Source of the DNA: Nemertoderma westbladi
Taxonomy: Eukaryota > Animalia > Xenacoelomorpha
DNA: 62,830 bases
Direction of reading: 5' to 3'
NCBI GenBank assembly: GCA_032718475.1
Contig: JAUCBJ010006987.1
Coordinates: 1 to 62,830, forward strand
Of this stretch, positions 1 to 12,519 are shown in pieces. A program made the position numbers and the translations under genes. Positions within the stretch are counted from its first letter, which is position 1; each line of letters opens with the position of its first letter. The notes beneath the pieces are model-generated. The model made no database searches. It was not told the origin of the DNA and was given only the letters and a program-made list of their open reading frames with translations.

Positions 1-32
1 TTGCATTATATCTATATATATATATATATATA

Positions 33-335
33 TTACATATATATGTGCCGGCTTGTCGACAAAATTGCGCCTCCACTTAGATCATCTGCATCTTCGAGGC
101 CAGTGTCCTTTATGACGCGTCTCAAGAAAGTCATGGGCTGTCCACCATGCTTATACACTCTATGAGGCCGGCATAGCACAAGATTATGAACTGACTGGTC
201 GTCACGGCGAAAGCAACGTCCTGGAAAGCGGAGGCGGTTTCGTTCAAGTGTTAAGCTAGGGAAGACTAGTGGAACACCTCCAATGTTGTATTGAGTCTGA
301 TTGGCGATATTTTCGTTGTACTTGACGCAAAGCAC
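33..335 (-). pseudogene. 3' fragment of an RTE-type LINE (C-terminus of the RT ORF) running into a (TA)n tract
   Basis: The peptide (LTLERNRLRF...HNLVL...HGGQPMTFLRRVIKDTGLEDADDL) closely matches the C-terminus of the LINE ORF at 30977-31636. Confidence 0.85.
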
Positions 336-2356
336 TCTTTGGTACTACCTTTATCTTGATGCTTACTGTATGCATTGGTAGACCACGCACATTATACAAT
401 GTAGAAGCCATGTATGTACATAACAGTTTTCTTACCCAATTTCACCCAAAGCAGTTAATGTACCCATTATAAAAACAGTTTAAATCCTCGAACTGTCGAA
501 CATAAAATATTGTGTTTGAAAAATATATCTGGTGTAAAAGGTTACCCTTCAGTTTTTTATGAAAACAATTCAAATACAGATGTTATTATTTTCTGCACAT
601 CTAGTAATCATTAAATTGTAATTACTACTACAGTACTGTACTATAATTATAGTAGTCCTTGTTTTAAATGTTTAAATGTATGGTCATAGTAACGAACCTG
701 CCTATTAATAGGCCAGGGTAGTTTTTGTCAAGAGTTGAGTCGTTCAAAAACACGATGTGGTTGTGTGTGTGTGTGTATAACCATCCAATATCTCAAAAAC
801 TCAAGCAGGTACGCAAAAATTTTATTAACAGACTCTACATAAATTTTGGTTGCGCACAAGACTGTAGATTTTTTCTGGCGTTTCGATCACGGGGTCACTG
901 AAAAATATTCGTTTTGAAAATTTAATGTCGAATTTCACCGATTTCAACTCGTCGAGTATGCACAACTTTTTTATTTGGGCTATTCAGTCACTTGAGCAAC
1001 ATATTTGAGCCTCAGAATCTTTTCAAATATCGCCAATCTCGCACAGAACGTCGCCAAAATTTGTTAGTCCGGCAAAAAATCGCACAAATTCGTCTAAAAG
1101 AGTAAATTATTAGTTGCAGAATAATATGATTCAACTAGAAAAGCCAGCCAGCCAGCTGGCGGTAAGGAGACCGTCCATATAGACAAACGTAGTGTTAGTT
1201 GGGTCCCTCAACCATCTTTCATTATCATTAACCATTATCATTATCATGCAGCGTTCCGCTCTGATGTGCCTCAGGGGCGCTCGTGTCCCTAAGACCAGAC
1301 GGACCTACCAGTCCCTGGGGGAGACTCTGGCATCCTATGTGCGGTGGCGGAGGCCCACATTCCTGGTGTAGGTACCTAGGGAGGGTCTATGGTTCACTGG
1401 ACTGCGACTGGGAATTTTAGTCCCTTTGTGAATCTGGTTGCGGGAGTGTTTGTTTTTATTGTGGTGGATGGAGGGGAGCCTATCGTCAAATCGTGCTTTA
1501 TGTGTTCTTTACATTTATCATATGTTAATAATATACGACAATACATATTCATAGTGTAAAAAAAAAAAAATTATCATTAACCTATAAACCATTTAAACGG
1601 CCCAGTGCTTACAATTAAATCACCTGGCTGCCTGGCCTCCCACCTAACATACATAGCAGTGAGTAACCTTATAGATATTGTCGTAGGATTCACTGGGAAG
1701 AGCTATTCATCTGGTGGGGTAATACATTATACAAACTTACAGTTGATGTTTGATTACTGTACTGTCTGGGTTAGAGTGAGAGAGTAACAAATTTAGCAAG
1801 TAATATAGGCCTACTTCTCTGCAGTTTGGGCTTATCCATTCAATAAATAGTAGTAGCTTACTAGGACCTCATGAGCAGCTGGTGTTTTTATCGTTGAGTT
1901 GATGGCAATTATTAGTGTTTTCATTTTCGCCCACTCAGGAGTCAGGCGTCAGGGTACAATGATTTGAGGGGCAGGATCGTTTAAAGCCAACTTGCTGAGA
2001 GAGGGCTGTTGCGCTGTCAGTCAGAGAGGTAACAGCCTGTGGGGTAAGGATTTACCTCTGGGACCTGTATTAGGCAAAATAGCAGTAGCTGTGTAGGCCC
2101 ACCAGTACTGTGCACGGTACAAGACCCGAAATTTAGCCTACATCTGTAAATAATACACGGTTTCGCGGTACAAGACCATATAAATTAGACCACCATCTGT
2201 AAAATGCTCGCGTGAGTTCAGGAGTTGCACAGATGTCAGGATGTGCTGATTCTATATCATGCACTAGGCCTAACGGATTCTGGTAGCCTGGAACTAGACC
2301 ACTACAAAAACTGATGGGACAGAGCGAGGTGCCGTTAGCCTAACATTTCTCGGAGG

Positions 2357-5300
2357 CCTGTATGGAATCCATCCAAAAAGTGCGCCGGATAACGCGCCGG
2401 ATAGCGCGCCGACCAATTTTTATGCGCGCCGCGCGCCGATGTCATTTCGAAGAAAAACCCCGCGCCAACTAAATTTTTAAGCACGCCGATGCAATTTCGA
2501 AGAAACACCGCGCCAACTAAATTTTTAAGCGCGCCACACATTGAAACAATTTTGAAGAGCGCCACGCCAATGCAAATTCAATTTTTAGGGAGTGTAACCT
2601 GTACCTGTACCCTGTACTGCTGTACCAGTCAGCCAGTCCCTGCTGCCCTATACCTGTACAGCTGTATACAACACTACAACAGTAGCCTAACCACTGAACC
2701 ATACAACAGAAAAAGAAAGGCGAGCGATGCGAGCCGAAATTTTTAAACAGCTAATGCAATTAAGGCACTTCCAAATTGTTAAACCTGTAAACTAACTAAT
2801 CGGCGCCGGTTTTTATTTTTGGGAGCGCCACGCCACGCGCCAAAGCCGGCGCGCTTTACGATTTTCGAGCGCGCCACGCGCCAAAGTCGGCGCGCTTTAC
2901 GATTTTCGAGCGCGCCACGCGCCACATTGGCGCGCTTTTATTGCAAAGTGCGCCGGATTAATCCGGCGCAAAGTGTATGGATTCCAGTCTGGGTTCAGTG
3001 GTTAGTAACCACTGAACAGCTGAACAGCTGAACCCAGGTTGGAATTTATGTAGAGTTTGCTCAACATGTGTGGCGCGCATTTAGGATCCTGGCGCGAAGG
3101 AACAGGGGCGTGTGGCGCGCATTTAGGATCCTGGCGCGAAGGAACAGGGGCGTGTGGCGCGCATTGAGGATCCTTGGTGCGGAAATGGCTGAATGGATGT
3201 CATGTACAGTATCAAAATGCACTGGCTGACTGGCAACATATAACTGTATAGGCTAAAGCCACTCTACTTCTGTACTTGAAATTCTACCAGTCAGCCAGTA
3301 GAGCCTATTTTTAACCCTCCCCCGGTGCCCGGTAACGTGGGGTAAAATAATACCCCAAGGGGATTACTTTTGATATTTTTCGACAATCTCTTATATTATG
3401 TATGTCCAACACCAACTTCATAGTATCTTCCAAAAAACTTGTAATCTAACGATTGTGTGGGTCAAACCCATAAAATTTTGTTTATGAAAAATGTTATGGG
3501 CCCTTAATTTGAAAACAACTTAGTTAGGTAAGATGGGGTATAAAAATACCCCATAACGTTATGGTGCTCGTTTAGTGGTGCTTTGTGACTCATTTTGGTT
3601 TCATTGGAACCACAATATCGATTTAGTTGTACTAGACATCTAGAGGCATGTTTTAACTTTGTCTTTTAAGACCAAATTATCAGTATTATGAAGCTACTGT
3701 ATTGTGTATGGCCTGTATTTCACAAGCCAAGACTTCGGCCTAATCGCGATGCGATAGATTGCTAAGTATACAGGTATATGTGAATAATTCTTATTGTGTA
3801 GGCTTTCTTAGAGGTGTTCTGGCCTTTGGGTCTCATTTTGGGTTCATTGAAACTGCAATGTATAATTTAGTTGGACAATAATCACATTTTATGACCAAAT
3901 CATCAGTACTTTTGCCGTCATTGGTCATGGACCATGGTGTATATTTCATATTACAATTCAAGATCTTGTGCTATTGCGAGGTGATATATCTGTATATATA
4001 TATCACTTTGTTGACTTTTAGTGGTGGCATTTGACTCATTTTATGCTTATTGGAACTGCAATGGTATACTTCAGGGTGTACTTGACCCATAACACCACTA
4101 AAAAACCTAAAATGAGAAACACTCTCACAGCTAATGCTTCGCTATGATAGTATCTTGTTGCAAAACGCCCCATCGCGACGTTAACGATGATCGTGATTGT
4201 AGTGGGATAACTTTTGTGGCATTGAGCGTTGGGTAGACTTCAACCAAATTGAAAAAAAAAATTCACAACTTATTTTTTCACCATTTGGCAAATTCTGGGA
4301 GGGGGATTGCAAGTGTTTTTCTGTTTAATGTTACTTAAAATGTCTTATCAATTTGGGGTATAAAAATACCCCATGTTACCGGTGAAGGATAATTTTTTAC
4401 CTTACCGAGGCAGGGTTAAAAAGAGTTAGGCAGCCTGAAAAATTTTCGCTCGCGTCGCTCGCATTTGTGTATTATGTCTACTGTATTACGCCCTACTCTT
4501 ATTGACTTATTCATCATTCAAATAACAGAATAACTGTAATATGTAATAATAGGGATAGGGCCTATTTGATTACAGTGATATTTTATCACCCACATTATGG
4601 ACAAACCGACAGATTGAGCATTGAAGGTACCATATCCAATCCACTTTAATCATCATGGCCAATATCAGGCCAAAGTTTTAATGTGTTTAATAATCAAAGT
4701 TTAATAATGAGTTGATAGAAAGGTTTTTCAATTGTTCACACCAATATAGCCTAAAACCACGATTCAGCAGATTTTCCGTGCTCGCTACACTCTGATTTAA
4801 TTCATAATCACATCTGTAGGTAAAAAACAGTCGCTTGACCTACCTAAAATGTTAAAATTTTCTTGCTAGCTACGCTCGCAATTTCAATTTAATCACATCT
4901 GTATTTGAAAACAGTCGGCTGACGTACTATCTGAATATTACAGTATCACTGTATTAATCTTAACATTTCTGAAAAATTTTCTTGCTCGCTACGCTCGCAT
5001 TTCCATGTTAAAATACTGTGTAGGAAGGAGTAGGTCTAGGTACTGCAGTATAAACTGGTAAATGATTACAATAATTGCAAAATTTCATGGTCAACCTCAA
5101 TGGTTGGCGCGCATTAAATGTCATGCAGTCATGGCTGGCGCGGTTTTCGTTTAACCAGAACCCGTGTGGCGCGCTTTTTGTCAATTTTCCATATAGGAGC
5201 TGAACCATACAACAGAAAAAGAAAGGCGAGCGAAGCGAGCCGAAATTTTTAAACAACTAATGCAATTTTTAAGGCACTTCCATAGCCTAACTGCCTAATT

Positions 5301-5510
5301 GTTAAACCTGTAAACTAACAAATCGGCGCCGGTTTTTATTTTTGGGATCGCCACGGGCCAAAGCCGGCGCGCTTTACGATTTTCGAGTGCGCCACGCGCC
5401 AAAGTCGGCGCGCTTTACGATTTTCGAGCGCGCCACGCGCCACATTGGCGCGCTTTTATTGCAAAGTGCGCCGGATTAATCCGGCGCAAAGTGTATGGAT
5501 TCCAGTCTGG
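2357..5510. mobile_element. Composite non-autonomous DNA transposon (hAT-like, GCGCGCC-rich subterminal repeats), 8(-9)-bp TSD
   Basis: Left end CCTGTATGGAATCCAT, right end ATGGATTCCAGTCTGG. CTCGGAGG lies at 2349-2356 and 5511-5518. The ~300-bp right-end module occurs twice (~2700-2992, ~5205-5510). Confidence 0.75.
3315..4415. mobile_element. piggyBac-type non-autonomous element
   Basis: TTAA|CCCTCCCCCGGT ... ACCGAGGCAGGG|TTAA (TTAA at 3311-3314 and 4416-4419). Subterminal GGTAAC(G/A)TGGGGTA inverted repeats and an internal GGGGTATAAAAATACCCC palindrome. Confidence 0.8.
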
Positions 5511-5739
5511 CTCGGAGGCTGGTCCGATAATACTCAACGCATTGTTTGGTTGGACATTGACATTACCGGTAGGCCTATTGCATTACAGTGTACATTACTG
5601 CATTACTACATTACATACGGATTAGTATGGATTGAGAAATTGGATATATTTGACGTCAATGGAGGTTTGGTTTGAGAAATTAATACAGTAATATCACGTA
5701 GGCCTACCTAATCATATCTTTGCGTTAATTATTACTAGA

Positions 5740-6067
5740 TCCACTGGCCCCCAGCCACCTTCAACAAACCATCATTGCCGAGGGGCACTCAGCTAAGGGG
5801 GCGGAGCGCATTAAAAACTCTAAGTATCGCGACCTAATGGACCGGGGCCATTTATTTCACCCCGTGGCCTTTGAGACCTTTGGCCGCCCTGGTCCAGAGA
5901 CATCCACCTTCCTCCGGGAGATCGGGGCTCGTCTCCACAGTGCCACCCACGAACCGCGGTCACACCAGTTTCTGCTCCAACGCCTGGAGATGGCAATTTT
6001 GGTTGGTAATGCAGCCTCAGTCATGGGGACAGCAACCACGCCGACCATCGGTCTATTCGGGGACTGA
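5740..6067 (+). pseudogene. 5'-truncated 3' end of a CRE-type retrotransposon (restriction-like endonuclease C-terminus)
   Basis: AERIKNSKY...FHPVAFETFG..GP....FLREIG...FLLQRL..AI..GNA parallels AEARKIAKY...QPIAVETLG..GP...FLREIG...YLRQRLS..VQAGNA at the end of ORF 37685-39952. Confidence 0.85.
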
Positions 6068-7317
6068 AGAGCCGAAACCAATCGAAACTGTCGAAATGGT
6101 TGCCAATGCAGTCACCAACGGGATGACGGCCGAAGATATTCAATACTCTATCTTATGCAATCTCAAATATTCAATGTTCGATCCCTAGATGGGAGCAGTA
6201 CTGTTTGGGCACAGTGCTTTAAATGCTGCAGCCTAGCCCAACCCCGGCTTTTATCCTTCAGTGGTCGATTGGGAACCAAGGCAACTTGGGAAACAGAGTG
6301 GAAGGGTTTACTGTGAAAGATCACCCATGGTGGTGAACAGGCATTCCTTGGCTTAACGAGCCTAAAAGATTCTCCCATTCAAATATTCAATTCGGTACTG
6401 TACCTTCAATTAAATATTCAATCTTAGTATTATTTCTGTGCTTCGTTATTTAATAATGTGATTAGATAAAAAAAATAAATTAATGAAATATAATTCATCT
6501 GTTAATTATTACAAAAAAAATCCAACATTATATTAACATTTATATAGTTTTGAATTAAATGTTTCGAAATCAACAGTCATTCAATGAACTTATACAGCAG
6601 TGTCATATATCGCGTATCCCTTGGCTGCTTGGTTTAATCACTATTCTTTATTCAAGTATAACTGAATCCTGGCCCGGCGCCTTCACCCTCCACTGATAAT
6701 TTAAATCGTAACTTATTCAATCTTTGACTAAATTATACCAAACTTGGTAAACATGTAATCTTGTCTATCGGCTAAAATAAACACAACTTGCTAAAGTTTC
6801 CCCTATAATGTTTTTTCCTATAGAACAGGATGCAGTTTTATTTTAGTAGTAAACAAGCTGTTATTTGCGTCGATTTTCACCTGGAGAGGGAAGAATATTG
6901 ATTGCCCCCCCCCCCCCCCCCCCCCCCTGCAGTTAAGTAAGTGAAAATATTTCGGCACCATTTAATTTTATTATCACGGTCGCACATCAAGTAGTCTGTC
7001 AAAAGATACAATTCATTATAAACATAACAAAATTAATTATAATAATTCTAAAAATATAAGGCAGATCTTCCTAAAGTTAGCTCTTTAGTCTTTAGCAATC
7101 TTATACATTGACAAGACTTATAAAATAATTGATGTTGAATAATTTATTATTAATATTAAAATATATTATTAGGAATTCGAAGAAAGCAAATTGTATTGAG
7201 TTAGTATTGGCAAGTTAATCTCACAAACCAGTCTAGTCTAACTTTAGAGTAGCCTTGTTCGCATTGTTCCAGGTTTAGGCCTATAGATTCCACCGTCTTC
7301 GTTCCAGGTTTAATTCT

Positions 7318-7621
7318 GTAATAGACTCCGTTATCCGTCTCGATCGCTTCGCTATGCACCATCTTACTGGGTTTAATAAACTCCATCGCCTTCCTGTCGT
7401 TCTCTGTTTTGTAGATTACTTCGCCATCGTCTGATCGCTTTGGTTGCGTGTTTAATACTGTAATAGACTCCGTTATCCGTCTCGATCGCTTCGCTATGCA
7501 CATCTTACTGGGTTTAATTAACTCAGAAACTCCATCGCCTTCCTGTCGTTCTCTGTTTTGTAGATTACTTCGCCATCATCTGATCGCTTTGGATGCGTGT
7601 TTAATACTGTAATAGACTCCG
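7318..7621. repeat. Tandem duplication of ~142-150 bp
   Basis: GTAATAGACTCCGTTATCCGTCTCGATCGC...GCGTGTTTAATACT occurs at ~7318 and ~7460. Confidence 0.85.
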
Positions 7622-8358
7622 CCGCCATCGTATCATTCTGGATACATTGAATAGACTCCATCAGTCCATTGTCCATCGCGATCGTTTCATTGTTACGTTT
7701 AATTGACTCCGTCGCCTCCTCGGATTAGGAATCCGGCCGGGTTTCGTAGATTCCGCCATCGTTCAGCAGTTCAGTGTTTTTAATCAAAGCCAGAATTCCG
7801 GCACTGGCACCACGATCAACGATTTCGGAAGTAACAGACTCCGTCAACAACACTCGGGGTTTAAAAAATACAACTATCGCGCAACTTGTAACTGGGCGAT
7901 CATCTATCTGATAGTTGAAAAAGACTGTCTGACAGTTGGTATCAGACTATCTGATAGTTAGCGCCCCATGGGTAAATCCTTACCCCATGGGCTGTTACCT
8001 CTCTGACTGACAGCGCAACAGCCCCTATAGAACTTGCTGGCTTTCTAGTACTGTAGTATGTAATAGATTATGTATGTTTACTGTAGTAGGTCTACTCAAA
8101 TTCAATTCAGCTGATAGCCATACAACAGTCTGACAGTACACAGGTACACACAGGTACTGAGGTACAGGACAACTAACAGTGCAGGTCAGCCGGTCTGGTA
8201 GCGGTAGGCCTAACTAATGTTGTAATGTCTGAATGTCAGACAGTGCAGTGGACATAGCAGTGTGTGTAGTACAGTTGCACTGTAGTAGGCCTAGCCTAGA
8301 GTAGACATTACATAGGAGATCAATATTAATTTATTATAAAAAAATATAATTATAAAAT

Positions 8359-8733
8359 ATGGAGAACGGGGCAGGGGATATCCACCCCGGAAGCCAACAT
8401 TACGGGGTGGAAGTGACTGTAGAGCGAGTCCACACAGTGCCGTCGGGGCGGCAGCAGCAGTGCCACCGTGTGGTGACGGACGGACACGCCCGCGGAATCC
8501 TTGCCTCCATGAACCGACTCCGGAAGCTCCGGGTTCTCTGTGATGTCTTCCTCCTAGTCGACTCAGAAGAGTTCCCCGCTCATCGCGTAGTCCTCGCCGC
8601 CTGCTCCGACTACTTCCACGCGATGTTCACCAACGAGATGACAGAAACTCGACAGTTATCAGTTCCCATTAAAGGTATATCCTCGTCCACTATGGCCGTT
8701 TTACTAGACTTTGTTTACACCGAAACTGTTCAG
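8359..8733 (+). CDS. KLHL12: Kelch-like protein 12, exon 1 (BTB domain)
   Basis: LCDVFL..DSEEFPAHRVVLAACSDYFHAMFT is a BTB motif. The donor CAG|GTAATT at 8733/8734 is phase 0 and joins TETVQ to [18 protein letters not shown]. Confidence 0.9.
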
Positions 8734-8837
8734 GTAATTTTATAGTTTTCACCGGTACACGACACGGTAGGTCAGTAGGTCTGTCGGTGTCGGTATTGAC
8801 ATTTATATTTGGAGTTGTTTGGTTACATGGGTTATGT

Positions 8838-8931
8838 GCGCTTTACGATTTTCGAGCGCGCCACATTGGCGCGCTTTTATTGTAAAGCGAGCCGGATTAA
8901 TCCGACGCAAAGTGTATGGATTCCAGTCTGG
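8838..8931. mobile_element. Isolated right end of the GCGCGCC-rich element family seen at 2357-5510
   Basis: GCGCTTTACGATTTTCGAGCGCGCCAC...GTGTATGGATTCCAGTCTGG, as at 2992 and 5510. Confidence 0.85.
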
Positions 8932-8962
8932 CTGTCTGGACCCTTGCCATTTGGCCCACGGG

Positions 8963-10146
8963 ACAAGTCCCTAAAAGGTGCCACCCTGATCCATAGCGCG
9001 GGAAAATCAAATGATTGAAAGACATGTAATTTGTACTGGAAAGGGTGGCAGATCAGATCTGCTATCTATATTTTGGCGGTAAATTCAAATCTGTTTTAAC
9101 ATTGAATACATGAATAGAGTAAGACTGAATCAGAATAAATTATTTCTTTATCGGTTTAACTCACTCATCCGGTATTGTTGTTGTTTTATCTATTCTGGGA
9201 CTTCGAGCAGCACGTGAACATCTAAACCTGACGTTAACTAGTCTGGCAGTCTGGGGCATAGAGCAGACGTGAACAACTAAGCTGTCTGGTTAACTAGTCG
9301 GGACTTCCAGTAGCACGTGAACAACGACTGAACTAAGCTGACTGGTTAAGAAGTCTGGGACTTCGAGCAGCACTTGAACAACTAAGCTGACTGGTTAACT
9401 AGTCTGGGACTTCCAGTAGCACGTGAACAACGACTGAACTAAGCTGACTGGTTAAGAAGTCTGGGACTTCGAGCAGCACTTGAACAACTAAGCTGACTGG
9501 TTAACTAGTCTGGGACTTCCAGTAGCACGTGAACAACTAAGCTGACTTGTTCACTAGTCTGGGACTTCGAGCAAAATTGCAAATTGAGGAGGGGGGATCG
9601 GGGGATTTGGCTTAACTTCTAGCAGTAAATGTAAAGAACATTTATTATTTGCTTGTATCAGTTATATATAATTACATCAGAACATTATAATTATAACAAT
9701 ATAGCAGGGAACTGATATATATCGCAGGTAGGCCTACTGTAATAACAATAGGTGTATAATGCATCTGCCTATACTGCTATATCTGTCCCAGACATGTACG
9801 GTACCAGACTAGTTAACCAGTCAGCTTAGTTGTTCGCGTGCCGCTCGAAGTCCCAGACTAGTTAACGTCAGGTTTAGTTGTTCACGACCAGCACCCAGAA
9901 TAGATAAATCAACAACAGTAACGGATGAGTGAGTTAAACCGATAAGAAATAATATATTTTGATTCAATGAATTACATTAGTCTTACTCTATGCAGCTATG
10001 TATTCAATGTTAAAACAGATTTGAATTTACCGCCAAAATATAGGTGGCAGATTTGATCTGCCACCCTTTCCAGTACAAATAACATGTCTTTCAATCATTT
10101 GAATTTCCCGCGCTATGGAGCAGGGTGGCACCTTTTAGGGACTTGT
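8963..10146. mobile_element. Foldback/MITE with long inverted arms and internal ~49-59-bp tandem repeats, inside the KLHL12 intron
   Basis: ACAAGTCCCTAAAAGGTGCCACCCTG... from 8963 is mirrored at ~9806-10146. Internal unit AACTAGTCTGGGACTTC(G/C)AG(C/T)AGCACGTGAACAACTAAGCTGACTGGTT spans 9196-9570. Confidence 0.85.
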
Positions 10147-11100
10147 GGCCCACGGGCTGACGGGGGGGGGGGGGGGGGGGGGGGCAGATTCGCCGTTTTA
10201 CTCCGTCTGTAAATATTAATTATTTAATTATGCACCCAGAGGAAGCTTGCAGCTTGTTCACAACTTTTACTTAATTTTACACCTGACAGCCTGATGGCTC
10301 TCATGGCATAATAGGTTAAGTTAAATTTACCCAATTTATCGCTCAGCTTATGACGCAAACGCTTCTTTATTTATAATCTTCGGAACACATTTACAATTTC
10401 GTCACCGTAAATAAAAGATCTCGCGTTGGGACGAGCTGCAATTGTAGTCTATTTTATTTATTGTCTGACTGTACAATAAATAGCAATAATACATAAATTA
10501 TATAATAGTAATTAAGTAATTCATTTATAAAAATACAGTTTTTCCTCAACTATATATCTGTATTCTGTATATTACGTAACTGTAATAATAGGCCTATGCT
10601 GTAATCTGGTAATACTGTATCCTGGTATCCATAATATAACCTGGCAAGCATCGTAACCAAACCAATAGCGTGTTATGGTTCATTCGGAAATTTGGTATCA
10701 ATAAATATTTTATTGTTTTGTATTTTACCACATTTTTTAAATTCATTTTATATATTATAATATACTCTGATACTGCAATACTTAACTAATCAGGCATAGT
10801 CAGTTCAGTGGACTGACACAATATGATACCCACTGACATTATTGTCTGCCAAACGTCCATCCATCTAGGCGGTTATATAGTCTATAGTAAAATGTAAATT
10901 ATTAATCCCACTACAGTTATTATACTAGCAACTAGTACCACCAACAAATATCGTTAAAAATTTGTCTCTGATTGCAAATATGTAAATAGGCTGTCACTAT
11001 TTGTAGTTTTAGTCTTAGTGGATCTATAACTTTAATATCTACAACTTCCAAGCGGCAGGCAGTCGCTGCATAAATACCGGTATCTTATTTTACATTCTAG

Positions 11101-12519
11101 GTGAACGTTGGGAACGTCCAGGATTTACTACCCGCCGCCTGTCTGCTGCAACTAACGGCCGTGAAGGACGCGTGTAGTAGATTCCTAGAGAAACAACTCG
11201 ATCCGACCAATAGTATCGGGATTAACGAGTTCGCGAAGCGCCACAACTGCCAATCGTTGAGTGTCACAGCGGAAACATTCACCTACAAACACTTCCCGGA
11301 AGTGACCAAACACGACGAGTTTCTTCTTCTCTCCAAGGAGGAAGTCGAAACTATTCTATGTTGCGACGAGATACAGGTGGACGCGGAGGAGTCGGTTTAC
11401 GAGGCTCTCATCCGGTGGATCGAGTACGACGGCCTGTCGGACAGACGTCCGTACTTCCCGGAACTCCTGCAGTACGTGCGACTCCCGCTACTCTCTCCCG
11501 CCTTCCTCACCGACGTGATCGACAGACAGGAGATGATCCGATCGAGTTTCACCTGTCGCGATCTTGTCGACGAGGCCAAGCGGTTTCATTTGCGTCCGGA
11601 ATGCCGGACACAGATGTCGGAATGTCCGCGGACCCGGTGTCGGACCGGATCGTCCGAGATGCTCGTCGTTATCGGCGGATTTGGTAACGCGCATTCCGCA
11701 GTCGACGTCGTCGAGAAGTACGATCCTAAACGCGACGTGTGGACCACGTTGACGCCGTTACGTCGCCACTGCCGCTACGTGGCGGCCGTCGCTCTCAACT
11801 CGCGACTCTTCGTGATCGGCGGCTACGACGGTCACTCCCGACTCAACCAGGTCTCGTACCTCGACACGGCGAACCCGGCGGGAGTCTGGGAGCCGGTCGC
11901 GTCCATGAGCGTGCGACGCGGGCTCGCGGGGGCCTGCGTCTACCGGGACGCGATCTATGTGGCCGGTGGGTTCGACGGCACCTTGCGGCACTCCTCGATG
12001 GAGCGATACGACCCCCGGATCGACGAGTGGACCACGTTGTCGGACATGTCGACGGGACGGGAGGGGGCGGGGTTGATCGTGGCCAACGGGAAGATCTACT
12101 GTCTGGGCGGCTACGACGGTGTCCACATACTGCGGGCGGTGGAGCGCTACGACCCGGCGAGCGGCGCGTGGACCCCGATGGCACCGATGGGTACGAAACG
12201 GTCCGGAGCCGGAGTCGCCTTGCTCAACGATACCGTCTACGTTATGGGGGGGTACGACGGGAGTCGACATCTCGACTCGGTTGAGTGTTACAACGTGCGG
12301 ACGGACAGTTGGAGTCCCGCTCCCTCCATGAACTGCCCTCGTTGCTACGTCGGCGCTGTCGCTATGCGCGGTCGCATATACGTGGTGGCCGGTTACGATG
12401 GCAACAGTTTGCTCAACTCTGTGGAATGTTACGATCCTATGGCGGAGCGTTGGGAGGAAGTTACCGAGATGGGGACGCACAGATGCGATGCGGGTTGCAC
12501 CATACTGAAGGAGGTGTAA
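11101..12519 (+). CDS. KLHL12: Kelch-like protein 12, exon 2 (end of BTB, BACK domain, six kelch repeats); spliced product ~597 aa
   Basis: Acceptor TTTACATTCTAG ends at 11100. KLHL12-like strings: [49 protein letters not shown] kelch signatures are present. Confidence 0.92.
   Translation: MNVGNVQDLLPAACLLQLTAVKDACSRFLEKQLDPTNSIGINEFAKRHNCQSLSVTAETFTYKHFPEVTKHDEFLLLSKEEVETILCCDEIQVDAEESVYEALIRWIEYDGLSDRRPYFPELLQYVRLPLLSPAFLTDVIDRQEMIRSSFTCRDLVDEAKRFHLRPECRTQMSECPRTRCRTGSSEMLVVIGGFGNAHSAVDVVEKYDPKRDVWTTLTPLRRHCRYVAAVALNSRLFVIGGYDGHSRLNQVSYLDTANPAGVWEPVASMSVRRGLAGACVYRDAIYVAGGFDGTLRHSSMERYDPRIDEWTTLSDMSTGREGAGLIVANGKIYCLGGYDGVHILRAVERYDPASGAWTPMAPMGTKRSGAGVALLNDTVYVMGGYDGSRHLDSVECYNVRTDSWSPAPSMNCPRCYVGAVAMRGRIYVVAGYDGNSLLNSVECYDPMAERWEEVTEMGTHRCDAGCTILKEV

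Larger units (their letters stand above)
1998..8030. mobile_element. Non-autonomous TIR element (MULE/hAT-like) with ~60-bp TIRs and 8-9-bp TSD, hosting nested insertions
   Basis: GGGCTGTTGCGCTGTCAGTCAGAGAGGTAACAGCC..GGGGTAAGGATTTACC at ~2003-2056 is inverted at ~7970-8024. AACTTGCTG flanks both ends (1989-1997, 8031-8039). Confidence 0.75.

Noticed and set aside
690-1190. Possible Helentron/HINE-like element with (GT)n
   Set aside because: The ends could not be defined from a single copy.
11358-12480. Overlapping and antisense ORFs in KLHL12 (and similarly in AP3D1, 54497-57469)
   Set aside because: They are shadow ORFs caused by the high GC content of the real CDS.
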